Source: a virus
Strand: one strand, 5' to 3'
IMG/VR virus record: IMGVR_UViG_3300025652_000049
Span: 12,424 to 76,423 of that record
Length of the DNA: 64,000 bases
Part shown: positions 10,141 through 20,737 of the stretch, piece after piece
Layout of the letters: every line of letters starts with the position of its first letter
Numbering within the stretch: the first letter of the stretch is position 1
The notes under the pieces: generated by a model
Seen by the model: only the letters and a program-made list of their open reading frames with translations
Database searches by the model: none
Told to the model about the DNA's origin: nothing
Position numbers and translations under genes: made by a program

Positions 10141-10551
10141 TTAAACCAATATCTCCCAATCCTGAGCCGTTGTTCCGTATATTGGCTCTCCTTGCGTTAC
10201 AATTAACATCGCTCTTCCTTGCAAAATACTTAATTGTGAACTAAAACTTTCACCTATTTCTATTGGGTCTCCAATTGCAACAAATAGCCCATCAATCATT
10301 TCGTAAGAATAAAACACTGCTCTACTAACAAGTTTTTCAACAACTGTCAAAACATCTATTAAAATCGTTTCTTCTGGATTGTCAGGGTCAACCACTTCTG
10401 TTTCTATGTATTTAACTGCTGTATCTGTTACAATAGCATTGAACCCGTTTTTTCCTTTTATCTCGTCAAAGCTGTCAATTGCTACTTGAACTAGACAAGC
10501 CTTTCCATCCCTAGTCGTGTATGCATTTACTTTTGTTATGATTTTGCTCAT
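10141..10551 (-). CDS. Hypothetical protein, possible tail-fibre assembly chaperone
   Basis: Small acidic ORF directly downstream of the fibre gene. Confidence 0.4.
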   Translation of the reverse strand: MSKIITKVNAYTTRDGKACLVQVAIDSFDEIKGKNGFNAIVTDTAVKYIETEVVDPDNPEETILIDVLTVVEKLVSRAVFYSYEMIDGLFVAIGDPIEIGESFSSQLSILQGRAMLIVTQGEPIYGTTAQDWEILV

Positions 10552-10571
10552 TTTAATATTTGTTATTTAAT

Positions 10572-13500
10572 TTACGTTAATCTTCTATGAACGGCGCCCG
10601 TGGAACTATTTATATAGCCGAAGCCTACCGCTACCCCGCCAGTATTTGCGGCCGCGTCGTCGGCGTACGAACCTAGGCCGGTAAGGTCTAGTTTTCCCAT
10701 TTTCACAATACCGGGAAATTCTGCTTTTGCGCCGTTGGCGTCCGAAGTTGTCATTATTAGGACTTCGTCTTCGGAGGAGGGAAGGTCTTTTCTGTTTTGT
10801 ATAGTAAAAATAGTTTTCGCCGTTCTACCTGAGTATGACCCCCTATTTCTAAACCGTATAATTTTTTCGTTTGTGTCTACGCCAGATAAGGCTTGAAGCA
10901 AAAAGTCGTGTCCGTTATTTTCGTCTTCGTGTCTTAAAACCGCTATAACTACTAATTTGCTTTCTGCTTTGCTGTAAAAGCCGCCCGTACTTTGGAACCT
11001 ATCCGAAGTAAACCCCAAATAGGAATGTACCCCAGCCGCTGCAACTAGCAAAGCGTTAACTTTTGCCCCGTTATTATAAATAGCGGTATATAGTTCGGAA
11101 TAGTAGCCCGCCTGTAGCCTGTTAGACATTGCGTATATCTCATATTGAGTTATCGGGACGTTTGCGGACACGCTGTCGCCCATTGTTACCCCCTTAATAG
11201 TTAAGCGGTCGCCCCTTGAATTGTTATCGTTGTCAAAGGCGTTAAAACCTATCTCTAGTTCTCCAAGTATCCCAAAATAATCGACTAAAAGCTTCGCTAG
11301 TACTTTATTGTTTGGGGCGTCGAAAGTGAAACCATCAAAAAGAATTTCATCACCAATGAATTGTGAAATTCCACTTCCATCTTTTACATTTAATTGGGTT
11401 CCTTTGTAATTGTAAAGGTATTTTGTGACAACCATAGTTGCCTTTTTTTCGTTTATCATTTCCGCATTTGTGGAAAATTCACCATATAAACTGACAATAA
11501 TATTGTTAATGTCAACAATAATACTTGACATCAAAGGACTGTTTGGTGTTTTTGCCTGATATGAACAATGACCAACAGTTGCCAAAATAACGCCTGTGTA
11601 ATTGATTGTAGTTCCACCACCACCATCATAAATCAGAAAACCGCTTGCATTGTCTTGATAAATATATGTATTTGTCAGTACATTGTAATAGTTTGAGTTT
11701 CCTCTTAAAACTCCTTTGACTGCACCGTAAACCTTTATCACACAATCAATCAACTTGACTTGATTTGAAAAAACCCAACTTCCTGATGTATTTATGAAAG
11801 TGGCGTTTCCTTCAAAATTCCAATTTGTTCCGTTAAATTCAACAATTCCGTCAATAATAGAATCTTTAAATTTTACAAAACAATTAGTACTTGAACTCCT
11901 GACTAGTAAACTTTTAGCACCAACAGTGACATCTCCTAATTCAATTTCAATATTATTTGCTATATAAGTAATTTGAAATGAATTTGCAGCTTCAATCTTT
12001 CCTATTTTTATTTTTACACCTAATCCCGTTGTGTCTGATTCAATAAGTTTTGATGCAGTTGTTGAAATTATTGTTCCAAAGGTTAAATTGCAAATTCTTA
12101 ATACATCAAAAGGTCTGTAAAGTGCAGTGCCTTCAAGATACAATGTTTCAACATTCATGTCAAGTGCTTTTGGAAGTTCAAGTCTTGTGTTTGAACCAAT
12201 AAACATTGTTTTGACGCTGAAAGTCCAATCAGAACGAACCATGTAAATTTCTGCAACATTTGGTGTTGACATTCTTAAAGTTCCATTTGGAAGGTCAAAC
12301 ATCATGAAGGTGTTTGATTGAACAATTGGTTCATATAAGTCACCAACAATTGGACTTCCATCAAATGAAATTGTTGCAGTTTCCTTTGTGAAAAATCTGA
12401 TGTTTTTATTTGCAGGAATAATTGCGTTTATTGGATATGTTCCACTTGTTAAAAGTTCGACTGTCCAAAATTTTGTTCCTGTTGGAATTGCTGAAATTGC
12501 TGAATCAATTGTTTCATATGGAAAAGTCACTGAATTTGGTTCTGCAGTTGCATCATTTCCATTTGCTTCATCAACAAATAATGTGTTTGCAAGGCTCACA
12601 CTTGTCACAAAAGGATTTATACCATCTTCACCAACATTGTTTAATGTAGACGTTTTGTCTCGAACATCTTTGTCGGCTCCTGCTGTTGACAAATCAATAT
12701 ATTTAATATTTACAGTGTCCATAACAGGACTTATAATTTTAAGCCTTAGATTTTCTGTAAGAGTAATGGGGGTTAAGGTATCCTTTAAAACCCCATCCCA
12801 CAATACTGTCATCAATCCACCTACATACTTAAAAGTAAAAGTAGTATTGAAAAAATCTGCATAATCTAAAGCAGCAAAATCCGATTGTACACCATTAACG
12901 TAATAAACACTTAAAACAGAGGTCGGATTTGGACGAAATTCAGCCCCATAGACTTGACTTCCAGCACCATTAATTAACTGTAGGTCTGAAATGTAATCGC
13001 CATTTCCTGAAGCACCAGCATCTCCAAGTGGAGTCTCCTGCATTTTCCATTCAAAAAGCCAATCTTTAGTATAGTCAAGTTCTTGTGTCCAAATTCCTAT
13101 TCCATTTTGTTGAAAAACAGTAATTTTTGCTGCCCCTTCTTGCGAAACATCTAACCTTGTAAGGTCAATCCATTCACCACTAGAAGGGATATATAATGTT
13201 CCGCTTACAATTTGAATCTTATCTACGTAAGTAATAGCACCTGTTCCATTATTGTTATCCAAAGTAAGGTCATAACTACCTTCAGTAGCTATAGTTGTCA
13301 AATTAACCCTAAATGTATTATCGTCTATAAATAAAGTACTTGTAATAGTATTTCCCTCAATAACGACAGTCATATTTTCGGTAAAATAAGAACCTTTTAA
13401 AATGAAGTACGTGGGATTTGATGGTAAAGTACTAACTTGCCTAACCTCTTCTAAATAAGGAGCTTGTAAACTTGTTGTATCTATAAAAGGATTTATACCG

Positions 13501-14387
13501 TCATCACCATTATTGATAAGCTGATTTGTGTAAGCAGGAACTTCGGGGTCTGTAGAATCTCCCGCAGGAAAAATTCTAAAGTCTGTCGTAAATACTGTTG
13601 CAAATCCTGTACCTATCTCCTCTCCTTGACCTAAGTACAACCAAAGAGTTTCAGTACCATTTTGAATAGCTCTGAAAATAACTGTTGCACTATTAGGAGT
13701 ACTGTAAGGACCATTGGCAGTAACAAAATCCCAGACATCTGCTGCTCCTATATCTCCAAGATCAAACTCAGTGGGTGCAACATTACGAGAGTCAATCGTA
13801 TTAAAATATTGGACATCTACTTCGGTTAATACTGTTCCAGAACCTATATTTACATACGGTTTTGTTAGAGTATAAAGAGTTCTTACAATAGCATAGTCGG
13901 GTTGCCCTGTTAATTCTATACCTTCTCCATTAGCTAATACAATTCGAGTAGTTACAAAGATTGCTACAGCACCCACAGTTAGGGGAGTAGAGGGTAAAGC
14001 ATTTAAGGCTATAATTGTTTTTGCCTTCTCTGTTTTAGTAGCATCATTAAAGTCAATTTCAACTCCTATTGAACTAACAGGAACATTAGTAGTACTAGCC
14101 CCGTTACCTCCCGAGGCCTCAAGAAAAAAACCATTAGAAGCACAGTAATCTACGAAAGCTTCAGCATTGGCTGTTCCATAATTATTATCTAAGTCTGCGA
14201 AAGCTATTGATAATACAGGATTAGATTTAGAAGGTGGTTCAATATTAAACGTTCCTTCTCTATTGGAATTATATGTTATTTGAGCCCCATCATTGTAGAC
14301 ATATACCTCTTTTTTTGTTGGATCAGCGGTATTCCACGTTTTTATAACGGTAGCTCCCGGCTTTGTGATTGATACTACTTGTGACAT
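10572..14387 (-). CDS. Tail fibre/spike, receptor-binding (Ig/lectin-like plus beta-helix domains)
   Basis: 1271 aa. LFVDEANGNDATA...PYETIDSAI marks a beta-helix start. Repeated LxNxGxDGINPF linker. C-terminal YADDAAANTGGVAVG. Confidence 0.75.
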   Translation of the reverse strand: MSQVVSITKPGATVIKTWNTADPTKKEVYVYNDGAQITYNSNREGTFNIEPPSKSNPVLSIAFADLDNNYGTANAEAFVDYCASNGFFLEASGGNGASTTNVPVSSIGVEIDFNDATKTEKAKTIIALNALPSTPLTVGAVAIFVTTRIVLANGEGIELTGQPDYAIVRTLYTLTKPYVNIGSGTVLTEVDVQYFNTIDSRNVAPTEFDLGDIGAADVWDFVTANGPYSTPNSATVIFRAIQNGTETLWLYLGQGEEIGTGFATVFTTDFRIFPAGDSTDPEVPAYTNQLINNGDDGINPFIDTTSLQAPYLEEVRQVSTLPSNPTYFILKGSYFTENMTVVIEGNTITSTLFIDDNTFRVNLTTIATEGSYDLTLDNNNGTGAITYVDKIQIVSGTLYIPSSGEWIDLTRLDVSQEGAAKITVFQQNGIGIWTQELDYTKDWLFEWKMQETPLGDAGASGNGDYISDLQLINGAGSQVYGAEFRPNPTSVLSVYYVNGVQSDFAALDYADFFNTTFTFKYVGGLMTVLWDGVLKDTLTPITLTENLRLKIISPVMDTVNIKYIDLSTAGADKDVRDKTSTLNNVGEDGINPFVTSVSLANTLFVDEANGNDATAEPNSVTFPYETIDSAISAIPTGTKFWTVELLTSGTYPINAIIPANKNIRFFTKETATISFDGSPIVGDLYEPIVQSNTFMMFDLPNGTLRMSTPNVAEIYMVRSDWTFSVKTMFIGSNTRLELPKALDMNVETLYLEGTALYRPFDVLRICNLTFGTIISTTASKLIESDTTGLGVKIKIGKIEAANSFQITYIANNIEIELGDVTVGAKSLLVRSSSTNCFVKFKDSIIDGIVEFNGTNWNFEGNATFINTSGSWVFSNQVKLIDCVIKVYGAVKGVLRGNSNYYNVLTNTYIYQDNASGFLIYDGGGGTTINYTGVILATVGHCSYQAKTPNSPLMSSIIVDINNIIVSLYGEFSTNAEMINEKKATMVVTKYLYNYKGTQLNVKDGSGISQFIGDEILFDGFTFDAPNNKVLAKLLVDYFGILGELEIGFNAFDNDNNSRGDRLTIKGVTMGDSVSANVPITQYEIYAMSNRLQAGYYSELYTAIYNNGAKVNALLVAAAGVHSYLGFTSDRFQSTGGFYSKAESKLVVIAVLRHEDENNGHDFLLQALSGVDTNEKIIRFRNRGSYSGRTAKTIFTIQNRKDLPSSEDEVLIMTTSDANGAKAEFPGIVKMGKLDLTGLGSYADDAAANTGGVAVGFGYINSSTGAVHRRLT

Positions 14388-14390
14388 AAT

Positions 14391-15383
14391 TTAAAGATTT
14401 GTTATTAATTGAACTGTGTTTGTTGCACTAACTAATGCTGGATTACCGTCTATGCTTATAAGATTCACGTCTATTTGACCTGTCTTTGCTCCTGGTGCAT
14501 CCACCACAATTATATTGCTTATTTTAATTTTAGCATTTCCGTTGACATCTAATTTTGCGTTGAGGTTAAAAGTTCCGTCAACTGTATATAGTGTTTCATC
14601 GCCATTTATATTTACAATAATATTATTCCAAACATTTAACGCAAGATACGGAGATAAAATAACAACGTCAATATTCGATATTCCAAGAGAAGATCCTTTT
14701 GTAATATCAATAAATAAACTTTGATTTTTTACTGGGTAAACCGTAGGGATACCACCATCATCAAAAGTGTCTGAATACTCTGTTACAAACTCCACACCAT
14801 CAGCTGCAATTTCAGCTAAGGAATCGACATTAAGCTCGTAAGTATATATAGCTGGCTCTATTGCATTAAACTGTCCAACTTTATAAGTCATACTAAAATA
14901 TGGTAGTCCACCTCCAGTTGCTCCAACTGTATAGATTGCATAAAATAAATATTGAACATTTATAATTTGTCCAACATAAACATTTGAACCATTAAAAACT
15001 AATGAGGGAACGCCTGACAGTGAAACTATCTCGATAACCTCCACAGTTCCGTTTATAGGAAAAGCATCAAGGAGGCTCTCTGTAAATGAATTTAAAACTG
15101 TTTTAACAACTGATACAGATTCAGGACTATCTTCGATTATAGACTTCCATTCTAGGTAAGAAACGGTTTCGGATCCAATCGTTTCAGAAACATCGTTAAT
15201 AGCTCTCCATTTAAAAGGTGCTTTTACATAGAATTCATCTAACAATGCTATTCTTTTAAAATTAACATTACTCTGGTCTGTTATAGGATAACGAGTGTCA
15301 ATCAACAAAGGAGTTGCTGAAATTTCACTGATAACAATGTTTTCATCTGGTAACTCTAATATTTCGAAATGAGTAATTGCCAT
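14391..15383 (-). CDS. Structural protein (tail/fibre-associated, beta-rich)
   Basis: 330 aa between two fibre genes. Confidence 0.5.
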   Translation of the reverse strand: MAITHFEILELPDENIVISEISATPLLIDTRYPITDQSNVNFKRIALLDEFYVKAPFKWRAINDVSETIGSETVSYLEWKSIIEDSPESVSVVKTVLNSFTESLLDAFPINGTVEVIEIVSLSGVPSLVFNGSNVYVGQIINVQYLFYAIYTVGATGGGLPYFSMTYKVGQFNAIEPAIYTYELNVDSLAEIAADGVEFVTEYSDTFDDGGIPTVYPVKNQSLFIDITKGSSLGISNIDVVILSPYLALNVWNNIIVNINGDETLYTVDGTFNLNAKLDVNGNAKIKISNIIVVDAPGAKTGQIDVNLISIDGNPALVSATNTVQLITNL

Positions 15384-15410
15384 TATATTGTTATATTGAT
15401 TTGATCACTA

Positions 15411-18400
15411 TTATCTTTCTTCTACTGTAATATCTGAATTTAATTCAGCAGTTATATTATTAGTGGCTGCTACGTTTGCTACTTGTAGCTTAACATAGTC
15501 ATTTTTATCTAAAATGATATTTGTTATTATCGTATAAAAAGCCACATCTCTACCGCCTTGCAAATTATTAACCACTCTTCTTGTAATTTTATAATCTACA
15601 AATCCGCTTGCTGAATCATCCCATACAACTACTTTTAAATCTAATTCATCTCCAGAAGTAGAAACTAATATTCCTTCAAATATAACCTTAAACTCTCTTG
15701 GTGAATTCCCTAAGTGTCTAAGTTGTCCATTTAAGGGAACATCAAAATGTTGTAAATCTGAATCTACAAAAGTTCCAAGTAAATCTACAAATACTCCTGG
15801 AGTAGTTATGACGCTTTCCACTTCTACTGTTAAGCTTAGACTACCTCCTACAAAAGTGTTTTGTATTCCTACATTACCTTGCCATATACTTTCAAGATTA
15901 GTTTGTGATATATTAGGGATTAATGTTGCATCACCAGCATTTATAACACCATTTCGAGTTACTAAACATTTATCTAATTGCAATGTACTAGGATTTGTAA
16001 AATTAGCTGGGGCAAAGTCTAATAAAGCAACTGTAGCATTTAAGTCTACATTCTGATTAGACCTAAACCTTGATGCCATTGTAAATCCTGTTCCTGCTTC
16101 ATATAGTGCATAAGCTCCGTCTGTTAAACCCCTAACTATTGAAGCATCTATAAAAAAGCCACCTGACCAAACACCTGATAAAATCAAATTTGGAGTACCA
16201 CCAAATCTACCTGTTCCTGTTTCTAACCCTTGTCTGTAGTTATCAATTTCACCTAATGAAGTACAATTATTAAAATTTATTCTATCTATTTCAAATGCTT
16301 CATTCCCAGTATCACTTACAATATCTAAAACCTGTGAGCCTGCACCAGTAACTTCTATTTTAAAATCTTTCCAAAGAATATCACCAGAACCTCCGATAGG
16401 ACTTGTAAACATAGTATAAGCTGCTTCTGAAGATGTTAGTCCACTTATATTAAAATCATATCCTTTAATATTCATCCCTCCAGCAGGAACTTCTATTGAT
16501 ACTGCTCCCAAATCTATTACACCATCAAGAAAATATTCCTTCGTAGAGTCTATTGTAGCACCTAGTGTAGTTGCTATATTTGCTTGATTACAAATAATTT
16601 GATTACTAAAAGTCATTGGCAACAACTTAGAGAGAATCCACTCAACAGTTGTAAGTTCTTTTCCTGAAGCTGCGTTTAAAACAGCTGTAGTCATCATATC
16701 TGCTGTTATGGTACCTGTAACTCCTTGAACTTGAAATGCCTCATTAAATATATTAAGATCACCTAATGAGTTTCCAATCAAAATTTTATAATCTCCATTT
16801 TGACCAACAGTATCGAATCTATCTCCATAAGATTGAACAGTAGTTTTCTCTCTTAGATTTGCTTGAGCATTAGTTTTTGAAAATACAAACATTCCAATAT
16901 AAGGAGTTGCGTAAAGCTCTGGGCTACTTAACCTAGCTTTAAATCCTGCTATAGCAGAAGCTCCTTCATTTCCATTTGCAACATCATACCCAACATATCC
17001 ATTAGTGTCTTTTTCAACCATAAACCCATGTAAGTCTGTTTTGACTGGCTTTAATCTATCTCCAGTAAAAGAGTCATTTGTTTTTCTTTCAAGAGGTTCT
17101 ATTACAGAAACAATAGGTCTTTCTGGATCTGTTGAATCAATAGATATTCCACTACCAGGTAAAACTTCTTTTACAAAGATATCCGGAGATGTAACTACAG
17201 GTACGCCACCTTGTATGTTTACTCTATCAATATTAATATCATTGTTGTTTGTAAAGGATATAGAAATTCCATCGTATTGTGTTTCTCCTGAATTATCAAC
17301 AACAAATAATGAAAGTGGTATATTGATTACATGCCAGTCTGTGCTTTGGATAATAAAACCATAACTCTGCATTTCAAATAAAGATACAGTTTTAATGAAA
17401 TTAGCCCCACTAACACTGTTAGTAAGTTTAAACTCAAATACTGTATCTCTGAAACTAGTAACATTATTTATAATACTAAATATAAAATTGTTTTCTCTAA
17501 CATAAGTAGTTAGTGAACCTCTATCCCAAAATATTGTTCTAGGAAAAGTATTTGCTAATGTTTCGGGTATATTTACGCTTTTAGTTCCAGTAAATGGAGC
17601 TATTGAAACGTCATTAAAGTTTATTCCAGCTGAACTTGTTCCTGTCCATTCAATATTTTCATCAAAAACAAGGTCAATAGTTGCTGTTGGGTCTACAACA
17701 GCATTAGCTAGTACGGTTCTTCTTGAAAGAATAACTTCCCTGGTTAAATCTATAGTTGGCTCAACAGGATCTCCAGACGGGTCTCCTTCACGAACTGTAA
17801 TTATAGGATTACTCAGGTTTAAATCTAATCGAAGTATAATGAGGTCAATTCTATTAAATGTAACGTCTCCATTAGTAAGTGTGATTCTTTTTGATGCAAA
17901 TAAATTGTAATCTAACTGATTTATAATATACTTAGAACAAAAGACGTCATATACAAATCCAGAAACCCAAGATACTCCAAAATCAATAGGTGCATTAGCT
18001 CTGTAAATATCAGCTAGGGTTAATGCTTTTTTAAGTTGAAGATAATAATCACCTTCTAAAAGAGGATTTGCAGTTACTATAGGGGCGTAGCCCTCTTTGC
18101 CATAATATGTACTATCTAAAACATCATGTAAGTCTACAAAAGATTTTACACTATAAACAAAGAAATTAAACGATCTACCACTATAATCTATACCATCAAC
18201 AATAGGTGTACTAGGATAAGTATAATCTTGAGCCATAACAGAAATTCCTGTCTCTGACACTTTTCTTTCTCTCCAAATATATGCATATTCATTATTAGCA
18301 ACATAAGCGATCATACCTTCATAGAAGGTATAAAAATCAGAACTTTCAGTTCCACTAAGGTCTTGTATTTCTTGAAGTGTTTGAAAATGTTCTTTTGGAT

Positions 18401-18455
18401 TTAACGGAGTTTGTGTTATCGGCCGTATTCCAGTTGTTAAGTCTATAAATGGCAT
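15411..18455 (-). CDS. Tail fibre/spike protein 2
   Basis: 1014 aa, modular. NRIDLIIL segment, PGSGISIDSTDPERPIVS linker and a beta-helix-like C-terminal half. Confidence 0.7.
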   Translation of the reverse strand: MPFIDLTTGIRPITQTPLNPKEHFQTLQEIQDLSGTESSDFYTFYEGMIAYVANNEYAYIWRERKVSETGISVMAQDYTYPSTPIVDGIDYSGRSFNFFVYSVKSFVDLHDVLDSTYYGKEGYAPIVTANPLLEGDYYLQLKKALTLADIYRANAPIDFGVSWVSGFVYDVFCSKYIINQLDYNLFASKRITLTNGDVTFNRIDLIILRLDLNLSNPIITVREGDPSGDPVEPTIDLTREVILSRRTVLANAVVDPTATIDLVFDENIEWTGTSSAGINFNDVSIAPFTGTKSVNIPETLANTFPRTIFWDRGSLTTYVRENNFIFSIINNVTSFRDTVFEFKLTNSVSGANFIKTVSLFEMQSYGFIIQSTDWHVINIPLSLFVVDNSGETQYDGISISFTNNNDINIDRVNIQGGVPVVTSPDIFVKEVLPGSGISIDSTDPERPIVSVIEPLERKTNDSFTGDRLKPVKTDLHGFMVEKDTNGYVGYDVANGNEGASAIAGFKARLSSPELYATPYIGMFVFSKTNAQANLREKTTVQSYGDRFDTVGQNGDYKILIGNSLGDLNIFNEAFQVQGVTGTITADMMTTAVLNAASGKELTTVEWILSKLLPMTFSNQIICNQANIATTLGATIDSTKEYFLDGVIDLGAVSIEVPAGGMNIKGYDFNISGLTSSEAAYTMFTSPIGGSGDILWKDFKIEVTGAGSQVLDIVSDTGNEAFEIDRINFNNCTSLGEIDNYRQGLETGTGRFGGTPNLILSGVWSGGFFIDASIVRGLTDGAYALYEAGTGFTMASRFRSNQNVDLNATVALLDFAPANFTNPSTLQLDKCLVTRNGVINAGDATLIPNISQTNLESIWQGNVGIQNTFVGGSLSLTVEVESVITTPGVFVDLLGTFVDSDLQHFDVPLNGQLRHLGNSPREFKVIFEGILVSTSGDELDLKVVVWDDSASGFVDYKITRRVVNNLQGGRDVAFYTIITNIILDKNDYVKLQVANVAATNNITAELNSDITVEER

Positions 18456-18460
18456 AATTC

Positions 18461-19513
18461 TTAGATAAATTTATAATAGATTTCACCTTCAATATAATGA
18501 ACTTTAGATATATAAATCTGTAACTCTAAAGTAGGATTGTAATATTTATCAAATACAACATCTGTAATATCAGCTCCTAAAGAATCCATGATTCTATATA
18601 CATCTTCTGCAACGTTTGTAATTCCAAAAGCTACTCGCCCTACGTTTACGTATGGAATTATTTGACCTAGTTCAAGATTAGCTATTGGTACTTGAGATTG
18701 ATTGTTTAGAAACGCTTGATCTATTGATGGCGCGTTTGAAATATCTGAAAACAATTCATCATATTGCCAATAATAAACATCAACATCAACGACTGTTGAT
18801 GGTATAGAAGGATTTATGTGTTCTGGAATAGAACAGAAACATTTTCCCCTATCATCACTGTAAATCAATATATCTCTATAACTCATTTTCCACAAATCAG
18901 CTATCTTATTCCACTCTAATTCTGTAGACGGCCACATGTCGTCACCTCTTGCCTCGGCAAGCCTATCGTGATAAAACCTTTCAAACTCTCTGTAAACATT
19001 TAAAGAGCCTTCTTTTCCATTCCATATCTTAGGACGATATAGCATATAGGTTAATCCAGCAACAACTGCTTCAGTATGATTCTCTGTAGTTACAGGATTA
19101 CCCTCATTGTCTAGAATTAAAGTCCAATAAATAAGGCTAAACTCTTCAATAGGTTTACATATGAAAATATAATTACCTTGTACCGTATAGTCTCCTGGAC
19201 AAAGCCCTTCATTACACATACCGACTTCTTCAAGATAAAGAATATCTACGGGTAGCTTGGCTCTATATTGAGTTGTTCCTAGCGTATCGTCTACGATAAT
19301 AGTATTCCCTAAAGGCGCATCAGTTTTAATACTGTCGTTAAGGACTTTGTAAGTAATTCTTTTGAGTATTGCGGTTCCACCATATCCTAAATCTTTTTCG
19401 ACTTGGAATATCATTCGTCGAAGTTTTGGATAATGATTGCGAAGGTTAGTTATACCGGTGCTATCTTTAACGCGCTCGACAATGGTTTCGAATGGTACTA
19501 AGTTAGAGTACAT
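18461..19513 (-). CDS. Tail tubular/ring protein (crAss Ttub-like)
   Basis: AKLPVDILYL...YTVQGNYI...LIYWTLILDNEGNP pattern and synteny. Confidence 0.65.
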   Translation of the reverse strand: MYSNLVPFETIVERVKDSTGITNLRNHYPKLRRMIFQVEKDLGYGGTAILKRITYKVLNDSIKTDAPLGNTIIVDDTLGTTQYRAKLPVDILYLEEVGMCNEGLCPGDYTVQGNYIFICKPIEEFSLIYWTLILDNEGNPVTTENHTEAVVAGLTYMLYRPKIWNGKEGSLNVYREFERFYHDRLAEARGDDMWPSTELEWNKIADLWKMSYRDILIYSDDRGKCFCSIPEHINPSIPSTVVDVDVYYWQYDELFSDISNAPSIDQAFLNNQSQVPIANLELGQIIPYVNVGRVAFGITNVAEDVYRIMDSLGADITDVVFDKYYNPTLELQIYISKVHYIEGEIYYKFI

Positions 19514-20055
19514 ATAAAAAACATATTTTTATGACGAAATTTCCGCGTTTCATTGGTAAAGATAGGTAATATATCTTTATCATTTGCAGCAAGCCAAGAA
19601 GCTTCCATAAGCGGTATTTGATTGGTACTTCCAGTTAGCTTGTGTATATCTACCATATAAAATACATGTCTTGACGGACGAAGGTACCAAAACCAACCTA
19701 TTGAACCATCTGAACGAACGACCTGAGCATCTTGGTTTCCTCTTTTTTGTAAATTAATAAATGGTCTAAAAAGAACTTTTTTCATCCAACCACCAAGAGG
19801 GAAATAAATTGGAAACTTACTACTGTAGAAATCAAAAAAATAAAATTTCAAATACTGCTTAATGATTGTTTTAAATAAGGTAAACGGTACTAAGGTTTTT
19901 CTTTTTAATTTGGTTTTCTTACTAACAGCAAAATACCCCGGAGGGTATTTCAACTTTCTTTTCTCAAAAGTTTTGTGAAAATCTTTTATGTTTAAAACCT
20001 TATTAGTCGAGCTCTTTTCCATTTTGATATTGACCAGGGTTATCACGACCGTCAC
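19498..20055 (-). CDS. IHF/HU-like protein of the crAss structural module (true start probably 20022)
   Basis: Basic protein. FKTIIKQYL...IYFPLGGWMKK resembles a divergent IHF fold. Conserved position before Ttub. Confidence 0.5.
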   Translation of the reverse strand: MTVVITLVNIKMEKSSTNKVLNIKDFHKTFEKRKLKYPPGYFAVSKKTKLKRKTLVPFTLFKTIIKQYLKFYFFDFYSSKFPIYFPLGGWMKKVLFRPFINLQKRGNQDAQVVRSDGSIGWFWYLRPSRHVFYMVDIHKLTGSTNQIPLMEASWLAANDKDILPIFTNETRKFRHKNMFFICTLT

Positions 20056-20737
20056 CTACCTCATCAGATTTTGTTCTTAAAAAAACATTGAAATCTCTAG
20101 CCGTTACTGAATTAATTAATTTGTCTAAAAGTTCATTAGGAAATGGATAAGCCGAAGTATTGAAGTCATAAAGAGCATCATCATCTGGATTGACTAACAC
20201 ACCTCTCATTTTAATTGTTATTTTATTACCCAAAGCCTCTGTTGCTATGGCAGCAACAGCATTGTTTAAAACAGAAGGTAGATCTCCTAGTGGATTTCCA
20301 GTTTGCTGTATGCCTGTATATAAAATCATTTCTCTTCCAATGTATTGTATAGATGGATGAAATTTACCATAACGGTCATACTTGTTATTTCTAAATTCTT
20401 CAGAATTTAAGAAAGAAACTATATAATGTTCTTTTTCAGCCATGAAGCCAAAATTTTCTTTAAATCTAATTACCGTAGGTATTGCGCTAGTGGCAATCCA
20501 TTGGTTTCTTGTTAATGAGAATGTTACATCTCCTTGATTTGGACCTACGGCACCAAAGTTCTGAAAAACCTCATCTGGCAATTGCCTAGCATTTACATAA
20601 TGCTCATTTAATATTCTACCTCTATGAGAAGCTAGATAAGCACGCATTAATCTTTCATTGATAGGATCGTCTTGGTTTTTTAAGCCAGCTCTTACAGTAT
20701 CCCAAATTGTATTGATTATGTGTAGTTCGGTCTGCAT
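20003..20737 (-). CDS. Conserved virion ring/neck protein (crAss gene73-like)
   Basis: Synteny and the C-terminal YPFPNELLDKLI motif. Confidence 0.55.
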   Translation of the reverse strand: MQTELHIINTIWDTVRAGLKNQDDPINERLMRAYLASHRGRILNEHYVNARQLPDEVFQNFGAVGPNQGDVTFSLTRNQWIATSAIPTVIRFKENFGFMAEKEHYIVSFLNSEEFRNNKYDRYGKFHPSIQYIGREMILYTGIQQTGNPLGDLPSVLNNAVAAIATEALGNKITIKMRGVLVNPDDDALYDFNTSAYPFPNELLDKLINSVTARDFNVFLRTKSDEVGDGRDNPGQYQNGKELD

